From assembly GCA_016906335.1 (NCBI GenBank), contig JADEYG010000007.1:1922001-1986000 (forward strand): a DNA stretch of 64,000 nt, given 5' to 3'. Below are positions 1 to 9,918 of this stretch, piece after piece (within the stretch, counting starts at the first letter, position 1; each line of letters starts with the position of its first letter). The notes below the pieces were generated by a model. It ran no database searches, was not told the DNA's origin, and saw only the letters and a program-made list of their open reading frames with translations. The stretch comes from Novakomyces olei (taxonomy: Eukaryota). Made by a program: the position numbers and the translations under genes.

Positions 1-2449
1 CACAGAGCTGGAACACGCCAGTGAAAAAGAGCGAAAGGCTGCCGTTGAAGAGGCCTGTCAAATGGCCAATGCCCATGATTTTATTACACAATTACCAGAG
101 GGATATGATACAGTGCTGGGTGAGCTTGGGATGCTTTTGTCTGGCGGTCAAAAGCAGCGTATCGCTATTGCTCGTGCTGTAGTTAAAAACCCAAAGGTTT
201 TGCTACTGGATGAGGCCACTAGTGCCCTGGACACGAAATCAGAGGGAATTGTTCAGGACGCCCTCGACCGGGCCAGCCAGTCTCGCACTACTGTTGTAAT
301 TGCTCATCGCTTAAGTACGATCAAGAACGCTGATAATATTATCGTTATGTCTGCTGGTAAAATCATCGAGCAGGGCAAACACTTTGACCTCATTGACAGA
401 AAAGGAGCGTACTACAGTCTTGTGCAGGCGCAAGAAATTGCTCAGCAGTCACAGCAGCAGCAACACGAGGCCCAGCTGGCTAATGTTGCAGCTAGTCCTC
501 ATTCTAACGATACAAAAGACGCTGGAGTGGCGGCACAAAGGGTCCGCACGGATAGGTCAGTGCGGACGATTGAGAGTGTATATGAAAATGCTCGGGAGGA
601 TAGCAATGCTATTGGCGGTGTGAAGCCCAGGGAATATTCGACTGCTTATCTGATCTACACTATCTTCCGACTCAACAAGCCAGAGTGGCCCTGGATGGTT
701 CTGGGACTGATTGGCTCAGTTCTTGCAGGGGCAGTTTATTGCGCTCAGGCTCTGGTTTTTGCCCATTTGATTCAAGCATTTTCTGTCTACGTGCCCGATG
801 TGCCCGAGTCTATACATCACGTAAGACACAACGCGAACGTATTCTCTCTTGTGTTTTTCATGGTGGCTATTGTAGAGTTTTTTGGTTATTTTATTATGAG
901 CTTTTTCTTTGGTCTTTGTTCGGAGATTCTTGTGCGCAGGGTAAGGCTCAACCTTTTCCGAACAATATTACGCCAAGATGTTAGTTTTTTCGATCGGGAG
1001 GAGAATAAAACCGGTGCTCTGACATCTCTTCTGGCCACCGAGGCCAGTGACATGCAAGGCCTGGGAGGGACAACTCTGGGCACAATCATTTCTACCTTGG
1101 TCAATTTAATCTCTGGAGCAGTTTTGTCCATTGCTTTTGCCTGGAAACTGGGACTTGTTTGTCTTGCTACGACGCCAATCATGGTGGTAGCAGGCTACCT
1201 GCGGTTTGCCATGATCAACAAGTTTCGTGCCCGATCAAAATCGGCTTACCAGCGATCGGCCGAGTATGCTTGTGAGGCAGCTGCTTCTATTCGTACGGTT
1301 GTCTCTTTGACGCGGGAGGCAGATGTCTTTCAGACTTATTCCAAGAGACTAGAGGCGCCTGTGCAAGAGGGCCTACGTTCCACTTTGGTTACCAGTATTT
1401 TGTTTGCCTGCTGCCAGGCTATCACTTTCCTTATTTCTGCCCTCGGGTTCTGGTACGGGTGTACTTTACTGAAGACACGGGAGTACGGGCTGATTCAGTT
1501 CTTTGTGTGCTTTGTAGCCGTTACATTTGGAGCTCAGGGAGCTGGTCAATTTTTCTCCTTTGCCCCCGACATGTCAAAGGCAAGAAGCTCCGCCAAAACT
1601 GTGCTTGCCCTTATGGAAAACCCTGTGCAAATTGATACCTGGAGCGATAAAGGTGAGCATTTTGCGAGTAATGAAAAGGATGGCACAAATGCTTCTCAGT
1701 ATGGGCAAGTCGAGTTTCGTAACGTTCATTTCCGCTACCCTCAGCGGCTTCATGTCCCCGTTCTGCGTGGCCTCAATCTTACTGTTCGACAGGGCCAGTA
1801 CGCGGCTCTAGTAGGAGCGTCAGGCTGTGGCAAAAGCACAACGATTGGCCTTGTCGAGCGGTTCTACGATCCTCAGCAGGGCGAAGTGTACATCGATGGC
1901 CAGAACGTGGCTGATTTGAATGTGAATGAGCTGCGATCACAGATATCTCTTGTCTCCCAGGAGCCAACACTCTACCAGGGCACTATTAAATTCAACATCT
2001 TACTCGGAGCCAATCGGCCCGATGTCGGAGATGATGAGATTGTGCGTGCGTGCCGGGATGCGAATATCCATGAATTTATAATGTCCCTGCCTCAGGGCTA
2101 CGAGACAATGTGTGGCCAAAAGGGCAGTGCCCTGTCTGGCGGGCAAAAGCAGAGGATTGCTATTGCCCGAGCTCTTATCAGGAATCCACGTATCCTCCTT
2201 CTTGACGAGGCTACGAGTGCACTGGACTCTGAGTCGGAAAAGGTTGTACAGACTGCTCTTGATAGAGCTGCGCGTGGACGTACGACTATTGCCGTGGCCC
2301 ATAGACTGAGCACCATTCAGAATGCGGATATTATTTACGTGTTTGATCGGGGTGTTGTTGCTGAACAGGGCACTCACAGCGAACTCATTGCTCAACGTGG
2401 TCGGTACTACGAACTGGTTATTCAGCAGTCACTGGAAAAAAGCGCCTAA
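1..2449 (+). CDS. Full-size ABCB/MDR-type ABC transporter (5' part outside window)
   Basis: Frame open from position 2. End of NBD1 (LSGGQKQRIAIARA, LLLDEATSALD), TMD2, then NBD2 (GASGCGKST, LSGGQ, DEATSALD). No introns in view. Confidence 0.95.
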   Translation, partial: TELEHASEKERKAAVEEACQMANAHDFITQLPEGYDTVLGELGMLLSGGQKQRIAIARAVVKNPKVLLLDEATSALDTKSEGIVQDALDRASQSRTTVVIAHRLSTIKNADNIIVMSAGKIIEQGKHFDLIDRKGAYYSLVQAQEIAQQSQQQQHEAQLANVAASPHSNDTKDAGVAAQRVRTDRSVRTIESVYENAREDSNAIGGVKPREYSTAYLIYTIFRLNKPEWPWMVLGLIGSVLAGAVYCAQALVFAHLIQAFSVYVPDVPESIHHVRHNANVFSLVFFMVAIVEFFGYFIMSFFFGLCSEILVRRVRLNLFRTILRQDVSFFDREENKTGALTSLLATEASDMQGLGGTTLGTIISTLVNLISGAVLSIAFAWKLGLVCLATTPIMVVAGYLRFAMINKFRARSKSAYQRSAEYACEAAASIRTVVSLTREADVFQTYSKRLEAPVQEGLRSTLVTSILFACCQAITFLISALGFWYGCTLLKTREYGLIQFFVCFVAVTFGAQGAGQFFSFAPDMSKARSSAKTVLALMENPVQIDTWSDKGEHFASNEKDGTNASQYGQVEFRNVHFRYPQRLHVPVLRGLNLTVRQGQYAALVGASGCGKSTTIGLVERFYDPQQGEVYIDGQNVADLNVNELRSQISLVSQEPTLYQGTIKFNILLGANRPDVGDDEIVRACRDANIHEFIMSLPQGYETMCGQKGSALSGGQKQRIAIARALIRNPRILLLDEATSALDSESEKVVQTALDRAARGRTTIAVAHRLSTIQNADIIYVFDRGVVAEQGTHSELIAQRGRYYELVIQQSLEKSA

Positions 2450-2615
2450 TTCGACTGGCTCAAATGATCCATTTCTCTGCATGCGTGTGTATATAATGTG
2501 AATATAGTAGTATATAATTAATACCTTTAAACAACAGAAAGGCCAGAGTATTCGTTTCGTATATTTTTATTTCGTATATTTTTTTAAAATATATTTTTAT
2601 TTGATATATATTTAT

Positions 2616-2855
2616 TGTTGTGATTGCAGGTTAAAAGTTGTTCTTATGGTTGCATAATTGAATTCAAAATTCAGGAAAACTTTAGCAGAATCTCCCAAAG
2701 ATCTAAGAGTTCACTTGACTTGTCCGACTAAAAAACTAATACTAAACTGAGAGCCAATAAAGCTAAAGTCGAGTATGAGACACGCACGATAGATGTCTGA
2801 ATTAGGAATAGAGTAAGCAAAAGATAATATGAAGGAATAGATTCATATTTCAATA
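2616..2855 (+). mobile_element. Degenerate solo LTR, probable old member of the family at 39856 and 41453, in opposite orientation
   Basis: Starts TGTTG and ends CAATA (CAACA with one change). Flanked by TTTAT on both sides; 240 bp. Patchy similarity by eye to the reverse complement of 41453-41700 (CTCCCAAAGATCTAAGAG vs CCCCCAAAGCTCAGAGG; ATAGATTCATATTTCAATA vs ATAGAGTCAATTTCTCAACA). Confidence 0.45.
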
Positions 2856-3150
2856 TTTATTTTAAGTATATCTATATCGTATATAATTATTTCTAATGTA
2901 TTTATTTCATTCTCGTGTATTAATTGTGATACAGCATCGATCGGTATATTTTCGCATTGTTTTATTTTACTGATGCTATACTCCGTATGCGAATGGGATG
3001 TTATTTATACTTTTTATGGAGATATAGCACATATAACCAATCGCACGAGTGGAGAGCCCAAACGAGCCCACCGAGATCTGATAAATTCCATTTCATTTCA
3101 ATTCTATTATTTAATTATTATTTTGGCCCGCAGTATTTTGCTCCGTGATT

Positions 3151-4667
3151 ATGTCGGCCGCTCCGTCTCCAGCAGCGGCAACGCCGCCTCCAGCCCCCAA
3201 ATCAATTCCGTTCTATATCTCTTTTGGAGCTGGAGCTATCGCTGGCATCAGCGAGGTATGCGACTTGATGTGTTTGTCGCTTCACTAACGCACGTTCTAG
3301 ATTATTACAATGTATCCTTTGGATGTGGTAACATACAAGCCTTTTGAGAATTTCGTCTGATCCGGGGGCAATTGCCTTTTTCTTAGGTCAAAACTCGGTT
3401 CCAGTTGTCTACTGGGAAGGCTGAATACTCTGGCATGCTGGACTGTGTACAAAAGATTGTCCGGCAAGAAGGGTTCTCTCGGCTTTATCGTGGAATTCTG
3501 GCGCCTATTCTAATGGAAGCGCCCAAGAGGTATGCCTTGAATTTTAGTTTGTATCGTTCGGCGCTTAAATGACTCTGGTCCATGCTAGTTTAGCCTGGCT
3601 CTGTCTTTAGTGACGGCCTTTATCTGTTTATTCTGACAGTATTCTAGGGCTACCAAGTTTGCTGCTAACGATGAGTGGGGCAAATTCTTCCGTGGTCAGT
3701 TTCATACAGATAAAATGACTCAGGGATTGTCTGTACTGACGGGTGCTTTTGCTGGCGCTACCGAGTCATTTATTGTTGTTCCTTTTGAGGTATGATTCAG
3801 TTGAATAGGATGATTTTGGTTGTTTAATTTGGTCATTTTGGTTATGTTTTTTGGGAGGCGGGCCATTGCAACCTTATTGCCACGTATCTTTGAGTGATCA
3901 CTCCAAACCGACGCTCATTTATCTCCCTTGGTTTGTTTTTATTCTAGCATGCCCTATCAGACTTGCCACAGAATGGCTTCATTTTAGTGCACGTTTGCTA
4001 TTGAACAATTCTCATTTACCGAATCATTGAAGTTATTTCTATTATTTTTTATTTCTGTCATTGCTTATTTCCATCATTAATACCCACAATTATCTCGAAC
4101 CCTTTGGCCTTTTTAGTTCAAGTTTGAGCATCCTTCTCGGCTAATACCCAGCTTGTCAAAATCCGTCTGCAGGACAGAGCTTCAGCCGGTCGTTACTCTG
4201 GAACACTGGATTGTGTGCGCAAAATTATCTCACAGGAGGGTGTATTAGCCCTGTACAATGGATTGGAGGCGACCATGTGGCGTCATATCACATGGAACGC
4301 CGGCTATTTTGGTCTTATTCATACTGTACGTCGCTCGCTGCCCAAGGCGGAGTCGAAGAAAGGCGAATTGAGGAATAACTTTATTGCTGGAGCTATTGGA
4401 GGCACTTTTGGAACGGCCCTTAATACTCCTTTTGACGTTGTAAAGTCACGTATCCAAAACTCGGTTCGAGTTGCTGGCCAGACTCCGAAATACAACTGGA
4501 CCTTCCCCGCTCTGGCTACTGTGGCCAGGGAGGAAGGCGTTCGCAGCCTTTATAAGGGATTTGCTCCAAAGGTTTTGCGTTTGGGACCTGGTGGCGGTAT
4601 TCTTCTCGTCATTTACGACTGGGCTACTAGAAACCTGATGCTGTTGCGAGACAAGTATGCCGCTTAG
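3151..4667 (+). CDS. ODC1: Mitochondrial 2-oxodicarboxylate carrier, 5 exons
   Basis: Spliced protein reads FGAGAIAGISE|IITMYPLDV|VKTRFQ...MEAPKR|ATKFAANDEWG...VVPFE|LVKIRLQD...RHITWNAGYFG...NTPFDVVKSR...KVLRLGPGGGILL, giving three carrier PX[DE]XX[KR] motifs. All introns GT-AG. Confidence 0.9.
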
Positions 4668-5120
4668 GATTGTTGTAGAGAACAAAAAAATTTTGTAATC
4701 TCTTTATTGTGCAGCGTACGTCATTGCTATGCCTATGTGTAACGTTAAAAGTCCAGCAACTCTCCTGGGATCATGTAGACGGGCTTCTACCAATTTGTAG
4801 CTTTGAGTAGCTCCTATATTCGCCCTTGAATTTGTCCATTCGAGCGCTGTTCTCTAGCTGATAGCCACTTGATAATTGAACAAATGCAAGTATATCGCAG
4901 TATGACGCTGCTACAGAGCTTACAGGCACATGAGACGATTTGACCATGCATGCTTTATTAAACTATTAGGTTGTGAAAAGAACGTAAAGTTCGGGATACA
5001 AGCATTAATGTAGCAGTGTAACCGACGACTGAACGGGTATAATAGACACGAAGTTTGTAAAATAGCGTTTCATAAAGCCCAAATCCAAAAGCAACGTGAT
5101 CCATTTTCGCAACCGAGAAT

Positions 5121-5329
5121 TCAAATGTTGAGCTTTGTTCTGGAATACATTAGTACCGTGATGTTTGTCAACACAAATGAGCCAAAACTTACCGGCGCCA
5201 GTTCCGTCGGCGGGCGTTATATTGGATGCGGTTACCAGTACGCATACGGATCCATTGAGGGATAGGGCGGTTCTGTCGCTGCGCCTTGGCGAGCTTCACC
5301 TTTGTGCGAAAAGACTTGTGAGACGGCAT
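5121..5329 (-). CDS. RPL39: 60S ribosomal protein L39 (eL39), missed by the ORF track
   Basis: [51 protein letters not shown]; intron 5140-5192 (GTAAGT...CTAAT...CAG). Confidence 0.96.
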
Positions 5330-5413
5330 TGTGGCAATTGCTCAAAAGTACCGTTCTGTGATTGCTGTATTGTCGTTTTGTGTATACTGCGCTTTCGTAG
5401 TGTGTGGTGGCTG

Positions 5414-5433
5414 TGTGACTGTGCCCTACCCTA
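5414..5433 (-). promoter_or_regulatory. Homol-E plus Homol-D promoter module of RPL39
   Basis: Gene strand reads TAGGGTAGGG-CA-CAGTCACA, 85 nt upstream of the ATG. Matches the fission-yeast Homol-E (AGGGTAGGGT) and Homol-D (CAGTCACA) boxes. Confidence 0.8.
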
Positions 5434-5763
5434 CTTTTGGCTTACTTGTGAATGATCATTTTATTACGCAGTGGTAATATCTTAATGATTAAAATTCACT
5501 AATTGTTAATTAATTTGTGCGTCTGCCTTTGGGATGACATTGGGATGGTAAGTAATACTACTGTATGCTACTGTTTATGTTTAGCATATCACGTAAATAA
5601 ATGCCCACTACTTAAGGATTTGGGGTTATCAAGTTATGTTGAAATGTACCATTTATTGCATACTCTAAAATTCACGGCTCAGTCCACGACCCAAGACAGT
5701 CTTTTTTAAAAAAAATCACTGGCCGTCTCCCGATTATTGTGTGTATATACGGCCTGTATATCA

Positions 5764-6128
5764 TTTTATTTTATTTTATTTTATTTTATTTTATTTTATT
5801 TTATTTTATTTTATTTTATTTTATTTTATTTTATTTTATTTTATTTTATTTTATTTTATTTTATTTTATTTTATTTTATTATATTTTATTATATTTTATT
5901 TTATTTTATTTTATTATATTTTATTTTATTTTATTTTATTTTATTTTATTTTATTTTATTTTATTTTATTTTATTTTATTTTATTTTATTTTATTTTATT
6001 TTATTTTATTTTATTTTATTTTATTTTATATTATATTATATTATTTTATTTTAATTTATTTTAATTTATTTTAATTTATTTTAATTTATTTTAATTTATT
6101 TTAATTTATTTTAATTTAATTTATTTAT
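5764..6128. repeat. (TTTTA)n microsatellite grading into (TTTTAATTTA)n
   Basis: Directly visible ~360 bp AT-only array; source of the spurious FILFY ORFs. Confidence 0.97.
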
Positions 6129-6761
6129 TCAAGCCTCTTGCTGACCCATAAAGTCTGCTTGTTTTTGATAGTGTCGCAAACACAAACCGTATTACAACCC
6201 GCCATTTGTATATTCCTGGTAGGTTGTGGCAAGAATTCAATCTCGAATATGGGCTGGTCAATTTTCACGTATCCCAAGCAGACACGGAACTATTAGAATG
6301 ACAAGTCGCAAAATAAGCTCTTGCTGCTCTGCCGTAAAGCCTGCCAGGCACACTAAGCGTTTACAAATTTATCTTTATCATCCATCACTAATATTTTTTT
6401 TATGTGTATTATTATAAACTAGCTCCATGGATCAAGAGAATGTGCCGTAAAAGATAATGGAAACAATGAAAAAATATTGAAAAGCAAAGGCAACAAGCGC
6501 AACGACAATAGGGACTTCGAATCTTACAAAGCCCTCTTTCAACTATAAAGAAATGGCACTTGCATCTGCGTGTGCCGGTGTGAGAGTAAGCACGTAGTAC
6601 TTGAAGGCCTGTGATGCCCTCTGGCATTTGTATAGAAATAACAATAAATAAATAATAAAGTGATAAATGAATAAATATAAATACTAAAATATGAGAAATA
6701 AAAAAATGAGATACGCAGTCAGGGCAGGCAAACCGTTGACATCAGTCCTTCATCTCTGAAT

Positions 6762-8402
6762 TTACTGCTGACGGCACTCGCCAGGATCCTGCTTGAACTT
6801 CCGGTTTGCTGCCGCGCTTCCGCCTTCTTCAGCGTCATCGTCGTCATCATCACCGTCATCGTCCTCGTCGTCATTCTCACTGTAATCCTCATCAGTGAAC
6901 TCATCCTCGTCCTCCTCTGCAAAATCATCGTCCCCTTCTTCGTATCTCAGAGCGGCACCAGTGAACCAATCTACTGCATGAGGTACAAGCTTGTCTTTGA
7001 TTTCCTCGCCAATCTCAAAATCTTCCGCAAATGAGAGCAAGAATTCATTGCCATCCTCATTCTCATCATCCTCAAAAGACCGCGGGGTGAAGAAGTTGAA
7101 GAAGGATTCCGTCGGCAGTTCTGTCTTGACAATACGCGTCTGTTTTGTGTCTGTTTCAGTTAGTCTCTGTAAATAATTGATGAGATAGATATATATTATG
7201 TAAACATACGTTTGTTACGTTGCTTCTTTGTCTCGACTCGTACAGTCAAATTGTTGCCAGACTTCCATTTGATTTCGTCGCCATCAGCGCTATTCAGAGT
7301 CATATGCTCGGAATCACCGTCTTCCACTTCATAAAAATACTTCTTTGTAAGAACCTTGTTCTCAAAGAATTCATTTGGCTCAAAGACAAAGTTCAGCTGG
7401 AATCCCGTCTCACTCGTATCTAAGACCTTGATATCCGTCAGGTGATGCAAGGCCTCCTCGTCCCGTGAGGTAATGATATCAGACAGGGATACAATATTCT
7501 TCATGGCAGTCAGCCAAAAGTCGGGAATACCCTTAATGTCCTTTGAAGCAGAGGCTTCCTCGCCTTCTTCATCTTCCGCTCCTTCTTTGTCCTCACTTTC
7601 TTCTGTCTCACCGTCATCCGCGGCTTCATCTTCTTCGCCAATACCCAAGGCAGCACTGTCTTTGGCTTCTGCCTTCTTGCCCTTCTTCACCTCGTCGACA
7701 GTTGGCTCCTCGCTGCCAGAAATGATAGCAGCACGACGTTCGTAGAGCGGACGGTGCTTCTCTAAGTACTTTCTCTCGAGCTCAACAATTTCTTTGCGGA
7801 ACTGTGCCTCGATAGCCGCGTTCTCGAGTTGAATGCCTTTCAATCCAGAGATACGACGGCGGACCGAAGCTGGCAGACTTTCAATATAGCCAGAAGAAGC
7901 TCCAACTAGAGTGCTGAGCTTCCCCTGCATGGCATTCAAAAGTTGCGGGTTCATAGAGATGAGATTACCGGCACGTTCATCTAAACACAAATGAAAACGT
8001 CAAGCGACGGACAAAGCCGTGCACAAAAAAATATGGTTAGCTCAGGTTTTACAATAGAAGAGAAATTTTAAGGATTCAAGAACATAGATAGAAATGTACA
8101 TGTCCAAGTGCATAGACCATCGAATGTTTAAAAAACTCGACGTTGGCAAATTCGATGTTTGACGAATAATTTGCAACAAATTTGAATAATTTATTCGCTG
8201 ATCAAATCAAGAAAATGCTGCTATTTGTCTTGCCAAAGCAGTATTAAGGAAAGGAAAGAACAAATATACCTTCGTGGCCTTCTGGGATCGATTCAACTCC
8301 GGGTGGTTTGGCTCCAGCAATAGGAGCCTGATTATTGGCCGGTGTGTTTTGCGGTGTGGGCGCAGAGCGGTTCGAGCCTTTGATGTTGACGTGCTCCACC
8401 AT
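6762..8402 (-). CDS. NAP1: Nucleosome assembly protein, 3 exons
   Basis: APTPQNTPA N-terminus, GYIESLPASVRRRI, GIPDFWLTAMKN, VETKKQRNK|..SFFNFFTP, DFEIGEEIKDKLVPHAVDWFTG, acidic tail ending ECRQQ. Confidence 0.93.
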
Positions 8403-9098
8403 TTTTAAGATATTGATCAAGGTCAAGCGCCGTCAAGTAACAAAAAACGCAGGGTAGATCAAACGGAGAGGTAAAGAACTGTTGTAGTCGTTACGTGAAC
8501 TCCCACGATCTGTGCTAAACGAGCGTGGCGGCTATATCACGCAAACAGCCAGCAAATGGCACGTTACTCAACCCTTCTTTCCGCTGCAGTTTCAGAGAAC
8601 GAGTACGCTTGCGCAGAGGACCAAGAAGCTATTTTCTCTTTTCACGAATGAAAAAGCCGCGTGGAGGGGATAAATATCGTGTACGGCTAGTTTTTTCTTC
8701 CTCTCCCTCTTTACTATAATATTAGTCAGAGAATATACCGTGGTTTTTAAGTATAGTTTTAGTAGGCTCGATCTGCAATTTTCTTTGGAGCGCGTACTAG
8801 TTAGTCTCCACTACCACAATATAAATGCCACTATATTATCATTGGGGAGAGTTTCGGGTAAAAACCAGCCCACAGAAATAATGCTAGAATATTAACGTAC
8901 ACAGACAGCTCTGAAACCCGCCTGCATTATTGAGGAAGGACGTTTATTTCAAATAATTAATATACGGAAAGACCGTTAGAGGCTCACGATCCGTATGCTA
9001 ATGTCTTACGTTTGGTTTTTACGCATTCCGTATTTAATATCGCGCTGCAGCTGCATTAGGGCTCGCTTTAAATACAGTTATTTAGATAAATATTCGAC

Positions 9099-9800
9099 CA
9101 AAAATATTGTTCGTTTCTGTGGATTTTGAAACCCGACCCAAGATTAGTATACTCGAATCCAATGCAAGGCACGTTGTTTCCTGCACGCACACCAGTCCAG
9201 TGTGGGCTCACACACAGGTGTCGATGAAAAGTGTATATAAAGGGGCAGATATTTGCACAGTAAGCAACATTAAGTCACAACAGCGATTTCGTCTAGTTGT
9301 AAAAGGCAAAGCAAAGCAAAGCATCAACATGTTTATAATACTATACTATGTAATGGACTAGCGCATTTCAACCGCTCAAGAGCACCTACAACGGGCCATG
9401 TACCTCGAGCGGGGAAGGAAGAAAAAATGGGATATCTAGACAAAGGAGCCATACTTGTAGCGAACAAGTTAAACATGATTTCCATTGCCTGCGTGAACCC
9501 TGCCTCCCTGTGCCGGTAAACCCTAAACTTTGATTATCAAGCAAGCATTGCTTGACCTTTAGCTGCGTACCGTCTAATCATAAGCAAACCCAGTCAACTA
9601 GTCAACAACTACACGCTGGACACGTATATATTATGGTTATTCCCAGGGTTTTCTGCCAGGAGAAGAACAACATTCCTCTGACCAAGCAATAATATAATCA
9701 GAGGCAGCGCTGGAGCATTGAACAACACGCAAACGTGATAGCGCAGAGCGCATAATTGCAGCAAAGCCGTGGTAGAAGACTGCGCCGGAGCTCCGGCCAG
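9099..9800 (-). ncRNA. Candidate structured ncRNA ending in an Sm-type site (identity unknown)
   Basis: No recognisable ORF. Several helices gain G-U pairs on the minus strand only. AUUUUUG at 9105-9099. Boundaries are approximate; see findings. Confidence 0.3.
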
Positions 9801-9918
9801 TGTTGCATTTACCCTGAAAATTTCAAAAATTTCAGTTCAAGGCATTCACGGGAAACGTTGGTGTGGGCAGTAATAATTCTCAAACCGACGCGACGGTTTT
9901 CTCCCTAGATCCTGGTGA

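Noticed and set aside
62..2449. Alternative yeast CUG code
   Set aside because: CTG encodes invariant Leu positions (e.g. in LLLDEATSALD), consistent with the standard code.
5737..6074. Three overlapping FILFY-repeat ORFs
   Set aside because: Translations of the (TTTTA)n microsatellite.
8741..8867. 9-bp inverted repeat TGGTTTTTA/TAAAAACCA (possible MITE)
   Set aside because: No TSD, low complexity, and no second copy seen.
9299..9307. GCCTTTTAC on the minus strand, matching U5 snRNA loop 1 and partly the U2 5' end
   Set aside because: The flanks do not form U5 stem 1, and the U2 GUGUAGUA branch-pairing sequence is absent.
9566..9579. 14-mer CGTACCGTCTAATC shared with 53192-53205
   Set aside because: Several exact 14-mer matches are expected by chance in 64 kb, and the similarity does not extend.
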